Positions 26,422 to 39,443 of a DNA stretch of 64,000 bases are shown here, piece by piece. The notes beneath the pieces were generated by a model. That model had not been told where the DNA came from, did not search any database, and saw only the letters and a list, made by a program, of their open reading frames with translations. Every line of letters begins with the position of its first letter. Position 1 is the first letter of the stretch. The position numbers were made by a program, and so were the translations under genes. The stretch covers positions 1 to 64,000 of the forward strand of contig JAUCBJ010001713.1 of NCBI GenBank assembly GCA_032718475.1, in the 5' to 3' direction. The DNA comes from Nemertoderma westbladi. Its lineage: Eukaryota > Animalia > Xenacoelomorpha.

Positions 26422-27806
26422 GTTCGCTAACGCCGCAAAGATACGCACTTATTTTTCTTTGTTTTTGAATATGATCATGTTTATGTACTATTCCGTCTTT
26501 ATTTCCTTTTACCCATTTATTATTATTATTACCGCACGTTTATTTGCTAATTATCTCTTTCGTATTTATCCCAGTATCACTTTCATTGATCTTTCATTTG
26601 TTCTATAATTGTTTACACTACTTTCGTATTACTTTGTTTCCGTTATTTCACATATTTTACCTTTACATAATCACTTTTACATACTTACCCTGACCCGTGC
26701 TTGTTCCGTCTCCCAGAAAGTAATTTTGTAAGTAATTCAAATAGTCCTTAATTAACAAACATTATAGTGATATTTTTTGATTTGAAAGCTGTCATTGATA
26801 AAACTTCAGTCTAGATTTGTTTCTTTTTGGAATATTTTACACCTTTGTACTATACCTTTCATTCTTGCTGATCTAAATGTTCGAACCTTTATTTGATTCT
26901 CGGCCAATTTAATAAATAATAGCGTAGATATCATCCCTTGACCCTGAGACGCTTGACGACGTCCGGCAGTCTTGTGGTTTTCATAAGTAGGCTGCCCGTG
27001 ATCCCCTTACAAGGCTCTCGGCGGGCTAGCTGACCATTATACAGTATATTAGTATCTCATCAATCATTTCTCAGTAGGCTGCCTGTGATCCCCTAACAAG
27101 GCTCTCGGCGGGTTGGCTGACCATATCACACATCAAATTAATATTTCATTTGGGCGAGAGTCAGATATTGGTTCGTGTACATTTCTGACAGCGAAGATCA
27201 CCCCCTCTCTATCCATCCACATTGTAAATTAATTAATACATCACTGCTCTAACCAATCAAAATAGAGATTCACTTCACACCTTTTCCAATGATAAACACA
27301 ATCTAGCTTTCCTGATTGACCTCTCAATTATCCCCATCCCAAGTAATTCAGCTTTCAATCTCTTTAAATATCAAATTGCTCTTCATTCTATGACTTTTTA
27401 TATTTCTGGGTGACGCACAAGATTTTTTACCGCTCTACAACCGTTCATCTCATTTATGTCGGTTATATATCCGTTCAATTTACCGCTCCACAACTTTGCT
27501 TTATTTCTTTTCGAATCTTCTTTACTTTTCCCCTATTTTTTGATCGTTTCCTTGATCGATTGTACATTATTATTCTCCAATGTCCTTTTGTTTATGCGTA
27601 TCATTTCGACGTTCAAAAACTATTTCAAATAGAAACAATACTGCAGTTTACGCCAAAATAATAAATTACATTTCATTTGCAACTATTTCTTTTTGTCTCA
27701 CTTCAAATACATTAATAAATAACCAGATTTATAATTCCTTCCTTTTTTTTGAGCGTGTTAATATAATGAAAATTTAGCGTCACCTTGAGTATTAGTACAC
27801 GCACAA

Positions 27807-28750
27807 TCGGTCTGCGTGTCTGTTTGTCTATCTATCGGTCTGCGTGTCTGTTTGTCTATCTATCGGTCTGCGTGTCTGTTTGTCTATTTATCGGTCTGCG
27901 TGTCTGTTTGTCTATCTATCGGTCTGCGTGTCTGTTTGTCTATCTATCGGTCTGCGTGTCTGTTTGTCTATTTATCGGTCTGCGTGTCTGTTTGTCTATC
28001 TATCGGTCTGCGTGTCTGTTTGTCTGTGTATCGATCTGCGTGTCTGTTTGTCTATCTATCGGTCTGCGTGTCTGTTTGTCTATCTATCGGTCTGTTTGTC
28101 TATCTATCGGTCTATCTATCTATCTATCGGTCTGCGTGTCTGTTTGTCTATCTATCGGTCTGCGTGTCTGTTTGTCTATGTATCGGTCTGCGTGTCTGTT
28201 TGTCTATCTATCGGTCTGCGTGTCTGTTTGTCTATCTATCGGTCTGCGTGTCTGTTTGTCCATGTATCGGTCTGCGTGTCTGTTTTTCTATCTATCGGTC
28301 TGCATGTCTGTTTGTCTATCTTTCGGTCTGTTTGACTATCTATCGGTCTGCGTGTCTGTTTGTCTATCTATCAGTCTGCGTGTCTGTTTGTCTATATCGG
28401 TATGCGTGTCTGTTTGTCTATCTATCGGTCTGCGTGTCTGTTTGTCTATCTATCGGTCTGCGTGTCTGTTTGTCTATCTATCAGTCTGCGTGTCTGTTTG
28501 TCTATCTATCAGTCTGCGTGTCTGTTTGTCTAACTATCGGTCTGCGTGTCTGTTTGTCTATCTATCGCTCTGCGTGTCTGTTTGTCTATCTATCGGTCTG
28601 TTTGTGTACACGGTCTGCGTGTCTGTTTGTCTATCTATCGGTCTGTTTGTCTATATATCGGTCTGCGTGTCTGTTTGTCTATCTATCGGTCTGTTTGTCT
28701 ATCTATCGGTCTGCGTGTCTGTTTGTCTATCTATCGGTCTGCGTGTCTGT
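27807..28750. repeat. 28/20-bp satellite array
   Basis: Tandem units directly visible. Confidence 0.97.
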
Positions 28751-31049
28751 TGGTCTCACTGTCGCATATTATTAATTCAAATTTAATATAATCAAATAAA
28801 TCCCTTAAAATAATAATATAAATTAATCCCTTCCATTATTGATATCTAAGAACACAGTTTCAAATCCAAATGCGATTTATAAACCAGTTTCTTGTCCATT
28901 GAAATTGAAAGCAAATTGAAGACTCATTGGTTCTGAAAAGGTTATTTAACAACCAATTAATTATATTAATATAAATTATACTATATTTAATACAAATATA
29001 TTTTTATAATAATATATAATAGTGAACTACATAATATAAACCCAATTAAAGTTAATCAAATATACAGTACACAAGCACAGAAGGACACAGATACAGAGCG
29101 TGCCAAATTAATATTATATATATTTATATAATGCTACAGGCGTCAACCTGCCAATCACCACATCCTCTGAGGATGAGTCACGGCGGTTCTACCACGCACA
29201 ACTACCCGTTAGTGGTTAGTAGTAGACCTAGTGGTGGGGTGAGGGGGGGGGGTGTTTAATGGTTAGTAGTAGAAGTATACGTAGATGTAGTGATAGATGG
29301 GGGGGGGGGGGGAGGGGGTTGTTTAACGCGGTTAGTACTGTAGTAGTAGACGTAGTGCGATAGAGGATGGGGAGGGGGTAATTTAATGGTTAGTAGTAGA
29401 CATAGTGATAGAGGGTGAGGGGTGGGGTTATTAACAGTTAGTAGTATAGGGGGGGGGGGGGGGGGGGGGTGTTTTGTTTAACAGTTAGTAGTAGAATAGT
29501 GATAGGGAGTGGGGGTGTTTGTTAATATGAGGCATGTTTTCTCTGATCGTAATGGTTGTTATCAGGTTAAATGTGTAACCTCTATCTCATATATTGCTCT
29601 CGTCATTATTGGTTCATTTTGTATAAGTTAGTGGGATAGTTGGTCTGTTGCCTGTAGGGGTTGACAGTATTTGATATTGATGACTCATATTCTGAAGGAC
29701 TAATAATGCTGCCAGGCTAATCCTAAGGTCGGTTATGAGTGTTTCATTAATATTGTAGGAATGGGAGCATTGCGTGGTGGTTGGAAGGTCTGTAATTCGA
29801 GAGTCACTGGTGTTTGTTTATTATAGTCCATTAGCTGGAGTCATAAATCAACAGTTGACATGTTTATTCGTTTTAAAAAATTTCCCATAGATGTTGTTGG
29901 TTTGTTCTTGGTGAATATTCAATATAACAGGGGTATAAATTTATCTCCATAATTCTATCTTATAACAGAGGTATAAAATCGCGCTTTATCAATAAGATGA
30001 TAGCAAATGGGGTATCTTTGGGTTGTTGATATCATTATAAATGTAATGAAAAGGCAGTGGTGGTGTGACATTGATTTTTGATGTGGTATAGTGAGATGTA
30101 TTGGTAATCTGTTAATTGGTAGGGGAATAGTGTTTAGATGGATTGTTTTGTTGTGTATTTAGGAGAGATATTGTCCGTTATCATTATAGGTATAGAACCT
30201 TTATTAAATAGTAATAGTATTTATTACTAACTAATCCAATTTTATTCTGTTTTTCTGAAGTTGGGACGGTAGTTTGAGCGTTTTAGAGAAAAAAGTGGAA
30301 GAATAGATTTAGTTGGAAATTTGTTAGTTGGGTAGTGCGCTATGCTGTATCTTACCCATAGGTGCCCAGCCCAACACCTACAGGGGGTATTTAAGGAATA
30401 CCCTACCCTGGGTTAGATGTCTCTAGTGTTGCCACTAAAAGTTGCGGAACCCTATACCGCATGGAAATTAAAATCCCTGAAAGTAAAAAAATTGGTAAAA
30501 TGGGATGAAAGGGCCTGAAAATATGTAAATTAATGAATTTGAAATATTTCTGAAAAATATACATGAAAAAGAAGTAAATATCAGCCATATTAATTGCCAA
30601 TTTGTTCGTTAGTTTATATCATGCTAGATGAATTACAATCCCAGTATTTGTTAGATTTGTACAGTACCAATTACTTTAATTTTTAACATGCATGAGTATG
30701 TAAGAGTATGTATTGACACTCGGCGAAATGATAGATGAGCATTGCAATTAATTTAGTAAAAGTTTTGAACAATATGTACAGTATTCCATTAAGTGAGATT
30801 ATGACTGATATTCTCAGTAAATCATGCATTCGTCTTGCAAGCTTACCGCTTTAGTTGTATGATTCAACTTATCCTGTTTTTTTTTGTATTGGGTACAATC
30901 TTTCAGATCGTAGGTGTGGGTGGGTGTCGCGGTGTGGGGTAGGGTAGTGGGTTGGTGTATGTTGATTTTATGTTCATTTTCGTCAGAGAGCGAGAGTGGG
31001 AGAGGTGATGAGTTGGGGCAGTTCCGCGGCAATATCCGTGTGCAATATC

Positions 31050-32331
31050 GGTGTATCGATCTGCGTGTCTGTTTGTCTATCTATCGGTGTGCGTGTCTAT
31101 TTGTCTATCTATCGATCTGTTTGTCTATCTATCGGTCTGCGTGTCTGTTTGTCTATCTATCGGTCTGCGTGTCTGTTTGTCTATCTATCGGTCTGCGTGT
31201 CTGTTTGTCTATATCGGTATGCGTGTCTGTTTATCTATCTATCTGTCTGCGTGTCTGTTTGTCTATCTATCGGTCTGCGTGTCTGTTTGTCTATCTCTCG
31301 GTCTGTTTGTCTATCTATCGGTCTGTTTGTCTATCTATCGGTCTGCGTGTCTGTTTGTCTATCTATCGGTCTGCGTGTCTGTTTGTCTATCTATCGGTCT
31401 GCGTGTCTGTTTGTCTATTTATCGGTCTGCGTGTCTGTTTGTCTATCTATCGGTCTGCGTGTCTGTTTGTCTATCTATCGGTCTGCGTGTCTGTTTGTCT
31501 GTGTATCGATCTGCGTGTCTGTTTGTCTATCTATCGGTCTGCGTGTCTGTTTGTCTATCTATCGGTCTGTTTGTATATCTATCGGTCTATCTATCTATCT
31601 ATCGGTCTGCGTGTCTGTTTGTCTATCTATCGGTCTGCGTGTCTGTTTGTCTATGTATCGGTCTGCGTGTCTGTTTGTCTATCTATCGGTCTGCGTGTCT
31701 GTTTGTCTATCTATCGGTCTGCGTGTCTGTTTGTCCATGTATCGGTCTGCGTGTCTGTTTTTCTATCTATCGGTCTGCATGTCTGTTTGTCTATCTTTCG
31801 GTCTGTTTGACTATCTATCGGTCTGCGTGTCTGTTTGTCTATCTATCAGTCTGCGTGTCTGTTTGTCTATATCGGTATGCGTGTCTGTTTGTCTATCTAT
31901 CGGTCTGCGTGTCTGTTTGTCTATATCGGTATGCGTGTCTGTTTGTCTATCTATCGGTCTGCGTGTCTGTTTGTCTATCTATCGGTCTGCGTGTCTGTTT
32001 GTCTATCTATCAGTCTGCGTGTCTGTTTGTCTATCTATCAGTCTGCGTGTCTGTTTGTCTAACTATCGGTCTGCGTGTCTGTTTGTCTATCTATCGCTCT
32101 GCGTGTCTGTTTGTCTATCTATCGGTCTGTTTGTGTACACGGTCTGCGTGTCTGTTTGTCTATCTATCGGTCTGTTTGTCTATATATCGGTCTGCGTGTC
32201 TGTTTGTCTATCTATCGGTCTGTTTGTCTATCTATCGGTCTGCGTGTCTGTTTGTCTATCTATCGGTCTGTTTGTCTATCTATCGGTCTGCGTGTCTGTT
32301 TGTCTATCTATCGGTCTGCGTGTCTGTTGGT
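31050..32331. repeat. 28/20-bp satellite array (chimeric)
   Basis: Tandem units; variant pattern matches 26160-26420 first and then 27807-28750. Confidence 0.95.
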
Positions 32332-35089
32332 CTCACTGTCGCATATTATTAATTCAAATTTAATATAATCAAATAAATCCCTTAAAATAATAATATAAAT
32401 TAATCCCTTCCATTATTGATATCTAAGAACACAGTTTCAAATCCAAATCCGATTTATAAACCAGTTTCTTGTCCATTGAAATTGAAAGCAAATTGAAGAC
32501 TCATTGGTTCTGAAAAGGTTATTTAACAACCAATTAATTATATTAATATAAATTATACTATATTTAATACAAATATATTTTTATAATAATATATAATAGT
32601 GAACTACATAATATAAACCCAATTAAAGTTAATCAAATATACAGTACACAAGCACAGAAGGACACAGATACAGAGCGTGCCAAATTAATATTATATATAT
32701 TTATATAATGCTACAGGCGTCAACCTGCCAATCACCACATCCTCTGAGGATGAGTCACGGCGGTTCTACCACGCACAACTACCCGTTAGTGGTTAGTAGT
32801 AGACCTAGTGGTGGGGTGAGGGGGGGGGGTGTTTAATGGTTAGTAGTAGAAGTATACGTAGATGTAGTGATAGATGGGGGGGGGAGGGGGTTGTTTAACG
32901 CGGTTAGTACTGTAGTAGTAGACGTAGTGCGATAGAGGATGGGGAGGGGGTAATTTAATGGTTAGTTGTAGACATAGTGATAGAGGGTGAGGGGTGGGGT
33001 TATTAACAGTTAGTAGTATAGGGGGGGGGGGGGGGGGGGGGGGTGTTTTGTTTAACAGTTAGTAGTAGAATAGTGATAGGGAGTGGGGGTGTTTGTTAAT
33101 ATGAGGCATGTTTTCTCTGATCGTAATGGTTGTTATCAGGTTAAATGTGTAACCTCTATCTCATATATTGCTCTCGTCATTATTGGTTCATTTTGTATAA
33201 GTTAGTGGGATAGTTGGTCTGTTGCCTGTAGGGGTTGACAGTATTTGATATTGATGACTCATATTCTGAAGGACTAATAATGCTGCCAGGCTAATCCTAA
33301 GGTCGGTTATGAGTGTTTCATTAATATTGTAGGAATGGGAGCATTGCGTGGTGGTTGGAAGGTCTGTAATTCGAGAGTCACTGGTGTTTGTTTATTATAG
33401 TCCATTAGCTGGAGTCATAAATCAACAGTTGGCATGTTTATTCGTTTTAAAAAATTTCCCATAGATGTTGTTGGTTTGTTCTTGGTGAATATTCAATATA
33501 ACAGGGGTATAAATTTATCTCCATAATTCTATCTTATAACAGAGGTATAAAATCGCGCTTTATCAATAAGATGATAGCAAATGGGGTATCTTTGGGTTGT
33601 TGATATCATTATAAATGTAATGAAAAGGCAGTGGTGGTGTGACATTGATTTTTGATGTGGTATAGTGAGATGTATTGGTAATCTGTTAATTGGTAGGGGA
33701 ATAGTGTTTAGATGGATTGTTTTGTTGTGTATTTAGGAGAGATATTGTCCGTTATCATTATAGGTATAGAACCTTTATTAAATAGTAATAGTATTTATTA
33801 CTAACTAATCCAATTTTATTCTGTTTTTCTGAAGTTGGGACGGTAGTTTGAGCGTTTTAGAGAAAAAAGTGGAAGAATAGATTTAGTTGGAAATTTGTTA
33901 GTTGGGTAGTGCGCTATGCTGTATCTTACCCATAGGTGCCCAGCCCAACACCTACAGGGGGTATTTAAGGAATACCCTACCCTGGGTTAGATGTCTCTAG
34001 TGTTGCCACTAAAAGTTGCGGAACCCTATACCGCATGGAAATTAAAATCCCTGAAAGTAAAAAAATTGGTAAAATGGGATGAAAGGGCCTGAAAATATGT
34101 AAATTAATGAATTTGAAATATTTCTGAAAAATATACATGAAAAAGAAGTAAATATCAGCCATATTAATTGCCAATTTGTTCGTTAGTTTATATCATGCTA
34201 GATGAATTACAATCCCAGTATTTGTTAGATTTGTACAGTACCAATTACTTTAATTTTTAACATGCATGAGTATGTAAGAGTATGTATTGACACTCGGCGA
34301 AATGATAGATGAGCATTGCAATTAATTTAGTAAAAGTTTTGAACAATATGTACAGTATTCCATTAAGTGAGATTATGACTGATATTCTCAGTAAATCATG
34401 CATTCGTCTTGCAAGCTTACCGCTTTAGTTGTATGATTCAACTTATCCTGTTTTTTTTTGTATTGGGTACAATCTTTCAGATCGTAGGTGTGGGTGGGTG
34501 TCGCGGTGTGGGGTAGGGTAGTGGGTTGGTGTATGTTGATTTTATGTTCATTTTCGTCAGAGAGCGAGAGTGGGAGAGGTGATGAGTTGGGGCAGTTCCG
34601 CGGCAATAATAATACTGCCTCTCAATAAAGAGACCCCCTTTACTGCTATCAGGGACGCGTTGTTCGACAGAGCCCCGTCAGCAAAAACAGCCAGTACCGC
34701 TAGTCGGTGGGGTTGACTTGTTGACGAGAGGCTATTTACAGGCGCATCGGTCAACCATTACTGACCGTGCCAAATTAATACTGAATGGTAATTATAACTT
34801 AGCAAGATAACAGTAATGTAAACAATGTACCTAAGTTAATTGGTAAGAATAAAAGTAAAAATAATGATTCAATATTATTGATACTAGTTAAAACAGATAT
34901 AACAGCAACAAATACACTTTAATAGTTATATTAACTTAGTCACATACTGTAAAGAAACTAAAGTACTGAGTTCAGCTTTATTGCGTGGCGATTTCGTGGC
35001 CACGCAGCCCGGAACTGCGTAACTGAACTACGTAATTAGTTAAACAATTTAAAAGCAATCTACCTCTAATAATGCAGCCACATAAATCA

Positions 35090-35316
35090 TTAATCACATG
35101 GCAATAATGGTTCCAATTGCGTTTTTTCATTATTGTTACCAAAAATTGTTGATCGAATGCGAATTGTAGTTTGTTTGACCAGATTTAACAAACCAAATAA
35201 TGCAAATAAGACTATCTTTAGTAACAATTCACAAATGTCAGCGAGTGTCATAATACTTGCACCGAGGAATAGTCCCATTGTTCCACCAATCGCGGGAATA
35301 ATGTCCGTAAATTGAC
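35090..35316 (-). CDS. DEG/ENaC (ASIC-like) channel, last coding exon (TM2 and C-terminus)
   Basis: tttcag acceptor, phase 1; QFTDIIPAIGGTMGLFLGASIMTLADICELL with the GAS selectivity filter; TAA stop. Confidence 0.92.
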
Positions 35317-35522
35317 CTGAAATGAAAAAAAAAGGTTAAACAATGCCATTCCGTTTCACTTCCCGTATTAACTGCACAGTGTACTGTATAGGCCTAATGA
35401 TGTAGTTACAGTAAAGTTAACGGAGGCGCCCAAACTGTGTTAGCGTGTAAGGCGCCACTTTAACTTAACTCGTATTAATGTTGAACCTCCTTAATCAGAA
35501 CACTCAAACTATACACAACCCT

Positions 35523-36068
35523 TTACTTTTCTCTCCCAGGCAATAATACAAGGTTCCAATTTCGATGCGTTGGAGCACCTGTCATGAAATTAGAACCGGT
35601 ACAATAGCTAGAGATGAAATAATTATTATATAACCCTATCCCCACTGACTGTTGTGATATTGTATAGGACCCATTTTCTGCTATGACATCCTCGTCATCT
35701 AGACGGCTAAATGTTATTAAACAATGTTTGATAATCGACCGAATTCCAATTTTCTTAACGCCAACAGCTAACACTATAACGGGTTTAGAGAACTCGGTAG
35801 CCGATGGTCGTCCAGGTGGAGTCGCTGCACGTCTTGCAGTTGTTGAAGTAAGTCGTCTGGCTGCTGGAACTCTCCTACCAGTACGCTCTCTAGTCGGTAT
35901 GTTATACGGTGCGAAAACGTTTGCAATTTCATCATGTAATCGGCCTGGATTGAACAAGCTAACTGAGTTCCCGCCACTGGTAGTCGTAGCTGAACTAGTT
36001 GATGCGGTATCATTACCGGAAGCACTCTGATGGTGGTGACAATTCGGGCATGGAGGAGGTTCACTCAT
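35523..36068 (-). CDS. Hypothetical 181-aa ORF inside the last channel intron, probably TE-derived or a pseudogene
   Basis: ATG start, CPNC motif, Ser/Thr-rich linker, RLHDEIANVFAPY; GC-richer than flanks; no domain recognised. Confidence 0.3.
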   Translation of the reverse strand: MSEPPPCPNCHHHQSASGNDTASTSSATTTSGGNSVSLFNPGRLHDEIANVFAPYNIPTRERTGRRVPAARRLTSTTARRAATPPGRPSATEFSKPVIVLAVGVKKIGIRSIIKHCLITFSRLDDEDVIAENGSYTISQQSVGIGLYNNYFISSYCTGSNFMTGAPTHRNWNLVLLPGREK

Positions 36069-36549
36069 AATACCAGGTCTACCCCTATACAGCTATATGC
36101 CTATATTCAGGGCAGGGCAGTAGTACAGTACATAAAGTGCACTAGCCTCTATAGCAAACAAACTGTATTACTGAATAAACTTCAAATAATGCATAAATAC
36201 TATAAATAACTACAAATAATAATGTTTAATAATAATTTATATTTTTATCGAATTAACTCAACAGTCAAAACAAACATTCGACATGGAACAATTCTGTAAT
36301 TGTGTTACTGCATCGAAATTACTGTAGTTGGAACTTTTAACAGTAAGTTTACCCAGTTGATTAATTACTGTTAGTAAACTGATAAATACAAAACATAGGA
36401 AGGCATACGGCAGTGCGGAAATTAAATATATTAATTACCACTGCAGCACGGGTACGGTAAAGTACAGCTGCAGTACCCAAATCTAGGCCTATTGCAGGAC
36501 ATAATTCAAATATCCCGCCTATTCATGGTATCATAGCAACAACAACAGC

Positions 36550-36872
36550 TATTAATTACGACGGTCGATCTGGTTCCAGTATTTAATTACGACGGTCGAT
36601 AATGTCAACATTAATAACGACGGTCGATCTGGTTCCAGAATTTAATTACGACGGTCGATAATGTCAACATTAATAACGACGGTCGATCTGGTTCCAGAAT
36701 TTAATTACGACGGTCGATAATGTCAACATTAATAACGACGGTCGATCTGATGGTTCCAGTATTTAATTACGACGCACGATAATTATCAGCATTTAATTAC
36801 GACGGTCGATAATTTACAGCATTTAATTACGACGGTCGATAATTTACAGTATTTAATTAGTGACGGTCGATG
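36550..36872. repeat. Minisatellite of ~30-bp units built on TTAATTACGACGGTCGAT
   Basis: About 11 copies with alternating CTGGTTCCAG / AATGTCAAC spacers. Confidence 0.9.
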
Positions 36873-37312
36873 TTGGTAGCTGTATCGGCCGTCATAAAAT
36901 TATATCGAATTAAAATACCAAAAGTATGCCATACCCAGGGCTCGCGCTATACAGGTGGCGGTGAACTTGTTTCACTTTCAGTATATACAGTATTTATACT
37001 CAGGTGGTAGAACAGTCAGTAAGTAGTGCTGGTAGCATGGCCTTGTAGGCCATGCTGGAAGTATAGTAGTACACATTGCAGTATAGGTAAGGTTACACTG
37101 CACGGGCTACTGCGGTGATATTCATTGTACACATACTGTACATACACGTTATTGTGTAGGGCCTACTAATGTTAAATGATTATATTACGTATGAGATGAG
37201 ATTATAGCCCCCGATATTATATCTCTGTTAGACGACTTATTCATCATATCACCACACCCACTATCTACTGTTTTTTGATTAGAACCATATTTAACGATGG
37301 TAATAGAACATA

Positions 37313-38308
37313 GGGTTGGTGCGCGAAAAAATTGTTGGGCTAGAAACAATCGAATAAGGGGTAACAAGGGCAATGAATCGAGTGGCGGGGTGTGTTTTTG
37401 TAAAAACACATGGAAACTGTCGAAATTGCGGGTATAAGTAAACGCGGGAAGCTAATTTTGAAAATCTGCTGTGATTGGCTGCTCTATATTTTTGACGTCA
37501 CCACGCAGTGCTCTGATAATTTCTTATACTGGTTTCTATGGAGGGTGATATTAGATTTTTTCAAATACACATTTAATCTAATCATTCCACACGTGGCTTA
37601 TATCAATTGAAAGCGGAGAGTCTTGCGCGTCTTTTGACACAACAATTAATTAAATTCATGGTGATGAATATGGATAAAATGAATCAATTCACAATAATAA
37701 ACTCGCAGATTGCCTGACCTATGCAAGTACTGTAGTACTGAACCACTCAGCCCTGACCACCTATTGCATTGCAGTATCGGAGTAGGCATTGCTGTATTGC
37801 AGCGGTAGAGTGGTACAGCGGTAGGTTTACTCCATCAATGAACGATGCCTACTCCGATACTGGAATGCAATACGGGATCAGGCAATCTACCGAGTTTCCA
37901 AAATTGCAAACTATATTTTATCAATGTTTATTATCATGAATTTAAGTAATTGTAGTATTAAAAGACGTGCAAGACTCTCTGCTTTCAATAAATTGATATA
38001 AGCCACGTGTGAAGTGATTGAGATAAAATGTGTATTTAAATCGATCGAATATCACCCTCCATAGAAAACAATAGGCCCCCCCAATAGGGCCCCTATAATA
38101 AATTATCTGAGCACTGCGTAGAGACGTCAAATATGTAGCAGCCAATTTTCAAAATTGGCTTCCCGGGCGCCGGGCTTACTTTTAAACCCGCCATTATGTC
38201 TGTATCCACGTGTTTTTACAAAAACACACCCCGCCACTCGATTCAGGGCACCCTTTTACCCCTTATTCAATTGTTTCTAGCCCAACAACTTTTTCCGCGC
38301 ACCAACCC
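37313..38308. mobile_element. MITE with long TIRs and TA target duplication (Tc1/mariner-like)
   Basis: TA|GGGTTGGTGCGCG...CGCGCACCAACCC|TA; inverted similarity extends about 350 bp. Confidence 0.85.
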
Positions 38309-38512
38309 TATTATTACTGTCGCGAGTTAGGAGCAGGACTGCGGACCATCAGCAAACGTTTATTATGTCCGTTTCCGAGATGTCTGTCAGTCGCAAGCAA
38401 TATAACATAGCAAATGTTCACTGAGATTGTATTCAGTTCTAATGTACAAACACCCAACTCGTCTTTAAATGCAGGGATTTATTTATATTGAGTATAATTT
38501 TGTGAATCTTAC

Positions 38513-38655
38513 CAAAAAGTAAATGTTCTTGAATCGATTGGTAGTTAATTGACTCCATGAAGATGTTTAGGAGGACGATATTCGATCGGTTTTGTCTCGA
38601 CGAGGAATTTCCCCAATAATCTGAAGCATCAAAGTCGAAATTGTTGATATTCTTC
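38513..38655 (-). CDS. DEG/ENaC channel exon (knuckle/palm, pre-TM2)
   Basis: catcag acceptor phase 2, GTAAGA donor phase 1; KNINNFDFDAS...SNIVLLNIFMESINYQSIQEHLLF; phases match both neighbouring exons. Confidence 0.88.
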
Positions 38656-39443
38656 CTGATGAAACAAATTTATTTAAAATATTCAAAATGATAAAAATAT
38701 TACTACGATTTAATGAAAATTACTCATATTGTTTATTTATATAGGAAGAAATATTCATGTTAACATCCACCGCTATAAAGAAAACGATGAAGAAACTATA
38801 AAGAAATAGAGAAAACTTTTCTAACTGGCACTAAAAATTCATCGACACTAATCCAACAAAATACAAAAACGGAACACATTCAAATCATTTACAGTATGAA
38901 TGAGTACTAATTATTTATTGATTATTGCGGTGATAAATAATATATTTTCACTATATTTACTGAACGTAACTAAGCTAATAAAAAGCGAGAGCATAGTGAA
39001 AATATGTTCCACGTTATGTAACTTTTCTTTTACTTTCTTGTATTTTCTTTAATATTGCTATTATTGTACCATACTGGTTATATTGTTCATTCAACCATGT
39101 AAATAATCATATTACTTTATAAACATTTCTCCAACACATGAGTTTTAATAGTAGAAAGAACAGGCAAGTGATTTTCAGTAATAACATTATATTATAAACT
39201 TGCATTTTACTATATAAAATAATATGAATTCATCTGAAGTCCAAATAATAACCGATAAGTCCTTTTAAACCTTATAAATTAATTAAACAATTAAAACGTC
39301 CATGTTTTCTTATAAATTACAGAGAATAATCTGTTTCACAGCTATGTAGGCTTCCGGGTCTCCTGTGGTATTCCCGGATGTCTTAAAGAGTTAAATGGAA
39401 TATCAATAAAATATTGACAGATGACCAACAACTCGCTATGTAC

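Larger units (their letters stand above)
27807..34608. repeat. Tandem segmental duplication of ~3.57 kb (27807-31034 and ~31340-34608)
   Basis: Unique sequence 28751-31034 recurs almost identically at 32328-34608; identical small ORFs are offset by 3574 bp. Confidence 0.95.

Noticed and set aside
29165-29200. CTGAGGATGAG hammerhead-like start (also at ~32744)
   Set aside because: No stem II closure and no GAAA follows
23476-32368. Long ORFs of up to 670 aa (SVCLSIYR repeats)
   Set aside because: Translations of the 28/20-bp satellite, open in all three frames because the unit lacks stop codons
36550-36872. Repeat-spacer pattern resembling a CRISPR array
   Set aside because: The spacers are short and themselves repeated; this is a minisatellite
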